NCBI RefSeq assembly: GCF_039654945.1
Contig: NW_027361696.1
Coordinates: 47,616,001-47,680,000 of the forward strand
Reading direction: 5' to 3'
Source of the DNA: Dendrobates tinctorius
Taxonomy: Eukaryota
DNA: 64,000 nt
Shown here: positions 35,472 to 46,031 of the stretch, in pieces
Numbering within the stretch: position 1 is the first letter of the stretch
Layout of the letters: each line of letters begins with the position of its first letter
Program-made: the position numbers and the translations under genes
The notes under the pieces: generated by a model
The model's input: the letters and a program-made list of their open reading frames with translations, nothing else
The model's database searches: none
What the model was told of the DNA's origin: nothing

Positions 35472-36668
35472 CTAAACGGGTGTCTCCAAAGCTTTCGTAA
35501 GAACACGCACTGCATCTTCAGCAATCTCTTTCAGAAAGCCATAGAGCATCCAATAAGTAGTAGCAAAGGAGATGCCCCCTGCTGCTAGGCTACCTAGCAT
35601 TGGGACGTTACTAACAACATACTCCACTATCATGAGACCTCCTGTGGCCCCTCTAGTAAGTAAAGTGGTGACAAGCTCTTTATTTATCTCTTTTATGACC
35701 AAAGGGGACTTGATCACAGATTTTAATTCACTGACGTCTTTACCAAGCTTGTCAGCCAACTTTTCCAGAGAGTTTTCATCCAAGCCAAATGCATTCTTAT
35801 AGCTTGTCATGGCGTTCACCAGAATTCCTATATCACAAACAACAGACAGGCCTGGGACTGGGACTGCAGCCACTCCACAAGAAAGAGAGGCCCACTTCCA
35901 TATGTCCTTTCTGAAAGCCTGACGCTTCTTCTCAAGGACTGGCAAAGAAATGTTGGGTAGAGAGATCAGGAATATGTGTCTCTTGTGTTCTGGAAGTTCC
36001 TTTTCTAGAGTGTCCTCCATTTCATGGAAATCGTACTTGTCCAGGTCCAGAAATGAGAGGAGAAACACTTGGGGCTGTGGGATTCCCCCATCTTTAAGAC
36101 TTTGAATGCAGTTATTTCTAATTTCATTGAGCACATTCTCTTCATTGAATGTCTTCTTCCTTCGGATCATGGAAGCATTCAAGTCGGAGTCAACTTTGGA
36201 TCTCACAAAGTAGAATTTCTTGTTCATAGCTTGAATCGCCTTCGCTAAGTCAATGTCGTTTTGCTTAAAACGTTCTGATGATAAAATGATGAAAAAGTCA
36301 TAACGACTAAATTCAACAGACTGGAGATAACTGTCTGCCACAAAATTTGGAGTTCCTATTCCTGGAAGATCCCAAACAGTTACATTAGGATACTGAGGAT
36401 GGACGTATGGAGTTGGCACCTTTGTTGTCTCCACAACACCAGTTTTGGCTGAGCCTTCTTCTTCATCATCCATGCCACGGATGGCATTGACAAATGTTGA
36501 CTTTCCTGTTCCTGATTCTCCTGTAATGGCAATGTTCAACGGTGCATTTTCTATTTCCCTGAGAGACTTGCTGAGTCTTTCAGTTGCTGTACAGAGGTCA
36601 CCATCTTCTAAAGCTGACCGAATGTCCTGGACTTCTTCATCACTGATGATGTCAAAAGAGGAATCCAT
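35472..36668 (-). CDS. IRGC: Immunity-related GTPase (IRGC-like), copy 2, 398 aa
   Basis: G1 GESGTGKS, AKTGVVETT, WDLPGIGT, RSKVD, VAAVPVPGLSVVCD. Acceptor tcttcag| at 36684-36683. AATAAA at 35453-35448. Confidence 0.93.
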   Translation of the reverse strand: MDSSFDIISDEEVQDIRSALEDGDLCTATERLSKSLREIENAPLNIAITGESGTGKSTFVNAIRGMDDEEEGSAKTGVVETTKVPTPYVHPQYPNVTVWDLPGIGTPNFVADSYLQSVEFSRYDFFIILSSERFKQNDIDLAKAIQAMNKKFYFVRSKVDSDLNASMIRRKKTFNEENVLNEIRNNCIQSLKDGGIPQPQVFLLSFLDLDKYDFHEMEDTLEKELPEHKRHIFLISLPNISLPVLEKKRQAFRKDIWKWASLSCGVAAVPVPGLSVVCDIGILVNAMTSYKNAFGLDENSLEKLADKLGKDVSELKSVIKSPLVIKEINKELVTTLLTRGATGGLMIVEYVVSNVPMLGSLAAGGISFATTYWMLYGFLKEIAEDAVRVLTKALETPV

Positions 36669-37329
36669 TTTCAGTTATTAGTCTGAAGAAAAATAAGAAA
36701 GAATTTATGAGAGCAAAACCTTTACCCACTAACAGCTCAACTGATATCACTACATTCTCAGGAATATATTAGCTCTGGTAGAGTCTGACGGGACCACCAG
36801 AGTAGTTGAGGATTCTCCAGTATAGAAACCATGCTCTAACAAGTCATAATGATGTGGTCTCCCAAAATTTTGTTTCAAGATATTGATCAAACATTGGTTT
36901 TAGGACCTTGTTTAAGGAAAGACCTGGTCTGGTCAAAAAAGGTCTGACCACAGTGAACTCCACAATTCCCGAGAATAGAGGAGCCGATCAACTTAGATGT
37001 GTCTGCTGTTGAAATACAGAAATGTTTCCATTCTTATTTGGAAAAGCAGCATTGAAACAAAGTGAGAAGTTGGTTGAGTGGCGCACATGTGGAAATTTGT
37101 GGTTTTTTCCAATGCAACCCTCAATTCATCATTGGCCTTCTTCAGTCTAATCCTTATAAAGTGCTTCTCCATCAATATAACTTTAGTTTTTTCAGGAATA
37201 TTTCTGTTAATATTCTCCCAATTCCTCCTAGTTTTCACAGTATTCACTCTACAGTTCTTTATATTTGAACCAGGAAGGAAGGTTCAACAATTGTTAGACA
37301 TTTTTGGAAGCTTAAGGCAATGATCCTTA

Positions 37330-37736
37330 AGGGCCTGTCACACTAAGCGATATCGCTAGCAATATCGCTATAACGTCACTGGTTTTTGTGACGTTATAGC
37401 GATATTGCTAGCGATATTGCTATGTCTGATACTTACCTTCGACCGCTCCCCCGCTGGTTATCGCTGATCGCGCGAGAACGTCCTGGGCCGTTTCTCGTCG
37501 TCAGCTTCCTGCTGGACTTCCTTCTGTGACGAAGAGCGACGCGTGGACGCGGGCGGGAGGACGTCAGGATCGCCTCGTCTGACCGGTAAGTAGCGACCCC
37601 CGACCCCTGCGATGTCGCTGGTGAGATGTGCCTGTGTGGCAGCTCACTAGCGACCACTTAGCGATGTACCAGCGATCCTGACCGCGTCATATCGCTGGTC
37701 GGGATCGCTGGTACATCGCTAAGTGTGACAGTACCT
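37330..37736. mobile_element. Harbinger-type MITE, close relative of 13797-14203
   Basis: TTA TSD, TIR ..CTGTCACAC, near-identical internal sequence. Confidence 0.88.
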
Positions 37737-37869
37737 TTAGTCATCAAGTTACTCACAAACTCTTAACATGCTCACTCCTAATTCTTTTCCTTGTCTACCG
37801 CCATGTAATTTGCATATCCTTGCCTTTAGTGCTTACTTTGCATAATACACAAGAAAAAGAAGTGCTAAA

Positions 37870-38187
37870 TAGTAAATAATGATGAGCGAACGTGCTCGGA
37901 TAATGTATTATCCGAGCATGTTCATTTACTAACCGAATGACTTTGTCGTGCTCGAAAAATATGTTCGAGTCCCCGTGGTTGCATGTCTCACGGCTGTTCG
38001 ACAGCCGCAACACGTACAAGGATTGCCTATTTGTTAAGCAATCCCTGCATGTGTTGCAGGTGTTAAGCAGCCGTGAGACATGCAGGCGGGAGGACTCCAA
38101 CATATTATTAGAGCACGCCAAAATCACTTGGTTAGCACACGAACATGCTCGGATAACACCTTATCCGAGCACATTCACGCATCAATA
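37870..38187. mobile_element. Palindromic hAT-type MITE
   Basis: GATGAGCGAACGTGCTCGGATAA arms, GTGCTAAA on both flanks. Confidence 0.7.
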
Positions 38188-39200
38188 GTGCTAAACAGAA
38201 ACACCCACACGACAGCCCACGTAAACCCAGAGAGCTTGCACAGCTGTAATTTTACTATTAAGCTTTGAACATGCCTCCAGCAAATATCTAGAAATAAATA
38301 TAATTTAATATAAGTTTACATGTCATAACAATATATCGCAAATGCATTTAGTAGAAATTACAGTAATAGAACGGTAGGTTGTCACCATCTCATCAATGTT
38401 GACATCGATGTAATGCTAAAAATCAAAAACTGATGACCATCAAAAAGGGGACATTTAGCCTGAGACATACAGTGAAAGTCAGTGTCAATTTTCTTGAAGA
38501 TTACTCGTGTACCTACAGGGTGGTTGTCAGGGGCAGACAAAACAGTGGTGCAACTTGTATAGCCGCACAGTGCCCAAGACGGTAAGGGGACTACCTCCAC
38601 CTTCGAAGGAGAAGAAATTGTACATTATGAGGAGCTCTTGGTCTGCAAAGTTCCCATATATTTTTTCTTGCACAGGGGCCCTCTTCTGTTTATGTCTGCT
38701 ACTAGAAGTCAAGGTGGCTAAGATAGAAAAAAAACTATCTGCGACATCAGAAGACACCAGTATGACATATGCCACTCGCAGATCCTAGTATCGCAATAGA
38801 AGAGGTTTCATCTTTGTCTCTACTTAATGATTTAAAGCAGTGTCCACTTTGGCAACCATTATTATCCAGTGGATTTCACCATAAACAATTGATTCAATAT
38901 TTTTTCTATTGAGATAACTTACAATTAGTTATTGTTGGCCTGAGAGCTGATTATTGAATGGCTTTATTGCCTTTGTCTGGAAAATAAATCATACGTGTCA
39001 ATACATCATGGGACTATCAGACAGAATGATTGCTTATTTTTACAGCTCCTTTTATGGCCCCACTGTATTAAGGTTTGATATTGAGTCTCTCCATATGTTG
39101 GGAAACTACAACGCCCAGCATGAACACTGTAACTCCCCAACAGTTGGAGAGCCTTAGCCCATATAGAAAAGGTTGAGTCCAAAAAGACCAACTGTCCTTC

Positions 39201-39884
39201 TCAAAAACGCTCTTTTTCTAGGGTCTTCTTCAAGAGTTCAAAGTCATATTTGTCCATTTGTAAGCAGGACAAGAGGAAGACAATAGGTTCCTCCACTCCG
39301 CTGTCTCTAAGACCTGTGATACAATTATCTCGTATCTCATGCAATATTCTCCTCTCGTTGTATGTCTTCCGTCTTCGAAGCTTGCTGGCTCTTAAGTCAG
39401 TGTCTATTTTGTTCCTTACAAAGTAAAACTTCTTCTTCATAGAACAGATCTTCTTGGCCAGTTCCATGTCGGAGTGTCTCACCCTTTCAGAAGCTATGAT
39501 AATAAATAAGTCATAGTGATCATAGTTGATTGATTGGATAGTCCTGGTAGTTCCTGTACCTGGAAGATCCCAAAATAGCAGATTTCTCAGCTTGGGATGT
39601 GGATAGGCGGTGGGCTCCATTGTGGTCTCCACTACTCCTGTTTTAGCAGCATCTTCTTCTTCGTCATTGTGAAGACCACGGATGGCATTAACAAAGGTGG
39701 ACTTTCCAGAGCCCGACTGTCCCATTATGGCAATGTTTATTATGGTATTTCTAAGGTCACAAGAGTTACTTTCCTGAGTGGTATCACTACACGCTGTGTC
39801 GCACAAGGTACTCTCATGTAGCGCTCTTATGATGTCTTCCACTTCCGCTTCACAGGAAGCACAGAATATTTCATCGGTGTACAT
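39201..39884 (-). CDS. Truncated immunity-related GTPase, copy 3 (N-terminal region + G domain only, 227 aa; functional short form or pseudogene)
   Basis: GQSGSGKS, AKTGVVETT, WDLPGTGT, RNKID, VFLLS; stops at LEKERF* just after the G domain. Acceptor ctccaaag| at 39904-39903. Confidence 0.85.
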   Translation of the reverse strand: MYTDEIFCASCEAEVEDIIRALHESTLCDTACSDTTQESNSCDLRNTIINIAIMGQSGSGKSTFVNAIRGLHNDEEEDAAKTGVVETTMEPTAYPHPKLRNLLFWDLPGTGTTRTIQSINYDHYDLFIIIASERVRHSDMELAKKICSMKKKFYFVRNKIDTDLRASKLRRRKTYNERRILHEIRDNCITGLRDSGVEEPIVFLLSCLQMDKYDFELLKKTLEKERF

Positions 39885-40232
39885 AATCCCTTGTTAATCA
39901 GACTTTGGAGAGAAAATAAGATTCAGTGTTTTTGAACTGTTCGCTTTAAATACATTAAAACTTATAGTGAACCTGAGTTGCAAACTGTATTTTGCTTTTG
40001 AGTTGCATTTACAATTCTACAGCCTTCAGAGCCGAAATCAATCAGCACTTCCTGCTTGTATAGTGCCTGAATAGAGCTTGTTTTGGTGATAAGTATTTAT
40101 CTAATTGTACAGTCACTATGCTGACACCCCCAAGCTGTTAAGGGTGTGTATAAAGACAGAGCAGAATAGTGAATGCAGCTCTAGGTATAATATAGAGGGT
40201 AATTCAGGATTCATGCAAAAATAAGGATGCAA

Positions 40233-42105
40233 TCTAATACATAAAGCTGAATATGTGTTTGTATGTATGTTTTCATGTATGTATGTATGTATGTGTGTAT
40301 GTCCGGGATTGGCATCTGCACCGTCGCAGCTACAGCCACAAAATTTTGCACAGTCACACGTCTGGACCCTGAGAGCGTCATAGACTATGTTGTGAGGTGA
40401 AATTTTAACCCCGCGCGTTCCAATTCACCAAACAATTTTGCCCCTAGGTACATAATGGGGAAAAAGTGTAGGTATGTATGTGTGTATGTCTGGGATTGGC
40501 ATCTGCACCGTCGCAGCTACAGCCACAAAATTTTGCACAGTCACACGTCTGGACCCCGAGAGCGTCATAGGCTATGTTGTGAGGTGAAATTTTAACCCCG
40601 CGCGTTCCAATTCACCAATTTTGCCCCTAGGTACATAATGGGGAAAAAGTGTATGTATGTATGTGTGTATGTCCGGGATTGGCATCTGCACCGTCGCAGC
40701 TACAACCACAAAATTTTGCTCAGTCACGCGTCTGGACCCCGAGAGCGTCATAGGCTATGTTGTGAGGTGAAATTTTAACCCTGTACGTTCCAATTCACCA
40801 AACAATTTGGCCTTATTCTTATCATTTCTGTGGTGTTATCGTCCTTATGTAAAGCTGGAAATAGCACAATTTATTACCGTGCCAACACAGACCACCCTTT
40901 GACACAGACTGCAGGGGGAGCCCAGTATTACACAGGATAGGATTAGATACACGGCTCAGAAGTCAGTATCACACAGGATAGGATTAGATACACAGCTCAG
41001 CAGTCAGTATCACACAGGAGAGGATTAGACACATGGCTCAGCAGTCAGTATCACACAGGATAGGATTAGATACACAGCTCAGCAGTCAGTATCACACAGG
41101 ATAGGAATAGATATAAGGCTCAGCAGTCAGTATCAAACAGGATAGGATTAGATACACAGCTCAGCATTCAGTATCACACAGGATAGGAATAGATAGACTG
41201 CTCAGCAGTCAGTATCACACAGGATAGGATTAGATACACAGCTCAGCACACAGTATAACACAAAATAGTATTAGATACACGGCTCAGCAGACAGTATCAC
41301 ACAGAATAGGATTAGATACACGGCTCTGCAGTCAGTATCACACAGGATAGGATTAGGTACACGGCTCAGCAGTTAGTATCACACAGGATAGGATTAGATA
41401 CACTGCTCAGCAGTCAGTATCACACAGGATAGCGTTAGATACACGGCTCAGCAGACGGTATCACACAGGACAGGATTAGATACATGGCTCAGCAGTCAGT
41501 ATCACACAGGATAGGATTAGATACACGGCTGAGCAGTCAGTAACGCAATAGGATTAGATACACAGCTCAGCAGAAAGTATCACACAGGAGAGGTTTAGGT
41601 ACACAGCTCAGCAGCCATTATCACACAGGATAGGGTTAGATACACAGCTCAGAAACAGGATGTGCCAAAGGAGAGGACATTTTCATTGCAAGAATTCCAC
41701 TCATTCCATCTGATTTGTTTTTTAATTTTAAACGCCTCCAGTTTCCAGTTCAAATCCTATTTGCAATGTCCATTAACAATGCTCAGGGACAGTCCTTGAA
41801 AGTATTAGGGATCAATTTGCAATCTCCATGCTTTTCTCATGGTCAACTTTATGTGGTCTGTTCAAGAGTTGGAACTGCCAAAAATCTGTTCATCTTTGCA
41901 TCGAAAGGAAAAACCAAAAATCTTGAAGGAGTTGAAAATAAAATACTATCAATACTTGGGTAATTGTTTAGTTAATTTGTGATGCAAATCTGTAGTGTTG
42001 AATACATGATGTGAAATGTTTTTATAAGCAATATAATTATTATAATTTGTTATAACTAACCACAGTTGGTTACTATGCCCAGGCAACGCCGGGCTCTTCA
42101 GCTAG
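40233..42105 (+). mobile_element. Helitron with Pif1-helicase remnant, in the intron upstream of IRG copy 3
   Basis: A|TC...hairpin...CTAG|T; helicase C-terminus at 41655-41922 (IARIPLIPSD..FKRLQFPV..FAMSINNAQGQSL..FSHGQLYVVCSRV); about 180-bp segment triplicated at 40290-40810; 41-bp array 40926-41652. Confidence 0.9.
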
Positions 42106-42879
42106 TATATATGCAAAGTTGAGGTTTTCTGCAATATACTTTATTTGCATTGTCGGGGTCAACCCTGTAACATGTCCTTTATTTCCATTACAGGATTCCG
42201 TATTTCTAGTCATAAAATTCAGAGGTTTATCGACAGTGCCCCATTATAACCACAGTGCCTCCTATCCATCTACAGTACCTCAATCACCTCCACAATGTTC
42301 TGTTCACTGTCTACCACTATTAAAGTTCCTTTGATTTCTTCCACAGAGATCCCATCAGTGTCCCAGTGCTACTGATAAAGTTACAATACTCTCATTGCCC
42401 TATAACCATCTACAAAGTCATAATACCCTTCTCATAACCACATGTGTCTCCAGCACAATGCCCCCACACCATCATTATACCCTCCCCATAACCACATGCA
42501 TCTCCAGAACAGTGCCTGTAAACCATCATAATACCCTCCTAATAACATTTGTCTCAAGCACAGTGCCCCTACACAATAACCTCTTCATAACCACATGCGT
42601 CTCCACCACAAGTGTGCCACCTACAGCATTATAATATTCTACTTATAATCACAGTACCCCTGTTGAAACTACCTTACCCCAACAACATAATAATATCCTC
42701 ATAACCATTGGAACACCATCGCTGCCACAGTGCCCCATCATAATACTCCCTACACAGCAATAGTACCCATATTACTGCCACTGTGGCCCATATAAAATCA
42801 TAATACTCTTTTCATAGCCACAGTATCCCCATGACCTCCATAACAAACACCTCTCGTTACCGCCACAGTACCACAACAA

Positions 42880-43985
42880 AGTCATAACATCCTCCACCAT
42901 CACCACCACAGGACCCCAGGAGTCATAACATCCTCCACCATCACTAACACAGGACCCCAGGAGTCATAACATCCTCCAACACTACCACAGGACCCCAGGA
43001 GTCATCACATCCTCCACCATCACTACCACAGAACACCAGGAGTCATAACATCCTCCACCATCACTAACACAGGACCCCAGGAGTCATAACATCCTCCAAC
43101 ACTACCACAGGACCCCAGGAGTCATAACATCCTCCACCATCACTAACACAGGACCCCAGGAGTCATCACATCCTCCACCATCACTAACACAGGACCCCAG
43201 GAGTCATAACATCCTCCAACACTACCACAGGACCCCAGGAGTCATCACATCCTCCACCATCACTACCACAGAACACCAGGAGTCATAACATCCTCCACCA
43301 TCACTAACACAGGACCCCAGGAGTCATAACATCCTCCAACACTACCACAGGACCCCAGGAGTCATAACATCCTCCACCATCACTAACACAGGACCCCAGG
43401 AGTCATCACATCCTCCACCATCACTAACACAGGACCCCAGGAGTCATAACATCCTCCAAAACTACCACAGAACCCCAGGAGTCATCACATCCTCCACCAT
43501 CACTACCACAGAACACCAGGAGTCATAACATCCTCCACCATCACTAACACAGGACCCCAGGAGTCATAACATCCTCCAACACTACCACAGGACCCCAGGA
43601 GTCATCACATCCTCCACCATCACTACCACAGAACACCAGGAGTCATAACATCCTCCACCATCACTAACACAGGACCCCAGGAGTCATAACATCCTCCACC
43701 ATCACTAACAGAGGACCCCAGGAGTCATCACATCCTCCACCATCACTAACACAGGACCCCAGGAGTCATAACATCCTCCAACACTACCACAGGACCCCAG
43801 GAGTCATCACATCCTCCACCATCACTACCACAGAACACCAGGAGTCATAACATCCTCCACCATCACTAACACAGGACCCCAGGAGTCATAACATCCTCCA
43901 ACACTACCCCAGGAGTCATCACATCCTCCACCATCACTACCACAGAACACCAGGAGTCATAACATCCTCCACCATCACTACCATG
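42880..43985. repeat. 38/41-bp minisatellite with 120-bp higher-order period
   Basis: CAGGACCCCAGGAGTCATAACATCCTCCACCATCACTAACA variants in 41+38+41 order. Confidence 0.92.
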
Positions 43986-44386
43986 GTACCCCTAAAATCA
44001 CAACATCCTCAATCATCTCTATTACAGGACCCCAATATTCACAACATCCTCTACCATCACTATCGCAGGACCCCACAAAGTCATAACATCCTCCACTATA
44101 ACTGCAGGATCCAAGAGTCATACCATCCTCCACCATCACTACTGCAAGACCTCAAGATTGACAACATCCTCCGCTATCACTATCGCAGGACCCCAAGAAT
44201 CATAATATCCTCCACCATCTCTACTGCAGGACTCCAAGTCACAACCTCCTCCATTATCAATACCACCGGACCCCAAGAGTCATAACCTTCACCACCATGA
44301 CTACCACAAGACCTCAAGAGTCACAACAGCCTCCTCACTCCCTACTAATGTCTCACAAATCCCCAATAAAGAGCGCCCATATTTAC

Positions 44387-44672
44387 CTCTTGGTGTTAGA
44401 GTAATGGCGTCTTGTCCTCTGAGTTCTGGAACTTCTACTGACTTTTTTTTATCTGTGCAAAGGATCAAGTTTCTGTTCTAATTATCGAAAACTGAAAGCG
44501 AAACTGCCAAAGTTTCTTGTTTCCTTTCTCTCTCTTTTTTCCATGAAGGAAATGAAATCCTTCACCTCTTGCACCATCTGCTGCCCAACTACATACAATG
44601 CAAGGGAATGCTATTACCCTGTGACATATATGGGAAATTCCTTTTAAATACTTAACCCCTTAAGGACTTTCC
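44387..44672 (-). promoter_or_regulatory. Candidate interferon/NF-kB-responsive IRG promoter with short non-coding exon 1
   Basis: ISRE GAAAACTGAAAGCGAAACT 44487-44505; AGTTTCTTGTTTCC 44511-44524; Ets-IRF-like GGAAATGAAA 44548-44557; NF-kB GGGAAATTCC 44632-44641; TATA-like GATAAAAA on - at about 44446-44453; minus-strand donor AG|GTAAAT at 44387/44386. Confidence 0.7.
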
Positions 44673-44968
44673 AGTTTTGGCCTTCAGTGGGGAATGGGAA
44701 TTTGAGTTTTCAAAATGAGTTGTAATTTTTAATGTTACTATTTTGCTTCATTTTGATACAGAAAAGATGTATATCTTTGTACCATGTTAGCCAGTAGATA
44801 GAAAAATATTCCGAATTGAGAATCCTCAGTGGTTGAAAGGTTAAAAGGTATCAACCACTGAGGACTCCATTCTGAATATTTTTCTATTTTGCTTCATGTA
44901 ATGTATTATCATATTAGTTTTACATTTTAGGGGTTGAAAAAGTAATTATGGGGGTCTGTTCTGGAGTC

Positions 44969-46013
44969 TGTGGGAGGAACGGCCCCCGTCGAGTGTCCGG
45001 GCCGGAACCAAAGGAGCCGTCATCTGGGTTCTGGGGGAAACTGTCCCCGGGGGACAGAATTCAGGAATGGACCGTTCTGACAGACAGATGGGCTGGGGGA
45101 GGGACCAGTATAAAGGAAATGGGGAATTCCCCGGGCGATGAGTCAGCAGACCAGGACAGAGACTGCAGGAGAGCATGGGAGCGACTGGAAGCTAGAGCGA
45201 CCCACCAGTGCCAGAGAGGACGCTCACCGAGGACTCCAGAGGGACGGTGCCAAGGCGACCGGCCGAGACTTGCTGCCCCGCTGCTGCCCGCGGCCACTAT
45301 GGCCTCAGCTCAACCCGCGGCCGCTGCCGCCTCCTCCCAGCCCGTGGCTGCAGCCTACCCGCGGCCGCTGCCGCCTCCCCTCAGCCTGTGGCCTGTTCCC
45401 CGCCACCCGCAGCCGCCCCACTCTCGCCCGTGGCCGCGGCAAGTACCATGCTGTCAGCAGCCACCACTGTCCTGCTCCGGACCGCAGCAGGGGCCGGGCC
45501 TCTGCTGACCGCGGACTCCCCATCGCAGCCGCTAGCTGCGCAGGTGGCCTGTCATTCGCCACCACCCATCACCACCGCTTGCCCCAGTCCGGGGCCTGCG
45601 GCCCACCCGTCCAAGGACTCCGCCGGGGCCTGTGGGGCTCCAGTGTCACCAGCGCGCCGGAGGGTGCGAAGACTCCATCAATGCCTCAGAAACTGGGCCC
45701 AGCAACTACTAGGCCGAAAGACCACCAACCCGAACAGCGAGGGACGTCTGGATAGCTAAGTTGACTTTACAATTAAGGACCCGTAGTCGGCCATACCGCA
45801 GCCCAATAGTGACCGGCTATTGCCGGGAGTAGTCGTGTTCTACCCATTTGTGTTTGCTGGTCTAGAGCCCCTGCCAGGGCAACCCGTGTTACCCCTGTTG
45901 GCGATAAGGCCGTGACTGAGGAAGGTTTCCTCTAGTCTTATAAACGTTATTTTAGAAAGCACCAAATTGTCTCGCAACTCATCACTGCATCCTGCGTACC
46001 TGCAAACACCACA
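44969..46013 (+). repeat. 5' LTR
   Basis: Direct repeat of 50979-52041 (about 16 mismatches in the first 220 bp by eye); TATAAA 45109-45114. Confidence 0.93.
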
Positions 46014-46031
46014 TTTGGCATAGTCGGCAGG

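Noticed and set aside
21241-39884. Tandem (Irgb2-b1-like) fusion of adjacent IRG copies by splicing
   Set aside because: Each acceptor is followed by in-frame stops before the ATG (copy 2 TAA TAA; copy 1 TGA..TGA; copy 3 TAA), so a fusion through these acceptors is closed
44948-45759. GC-rich 180-205-aa ORFs (and their twins at 51257-51790)
   Set aside because: Lie inside the LTRs, have no recognisable domain and carry indel differences between the two LTRs
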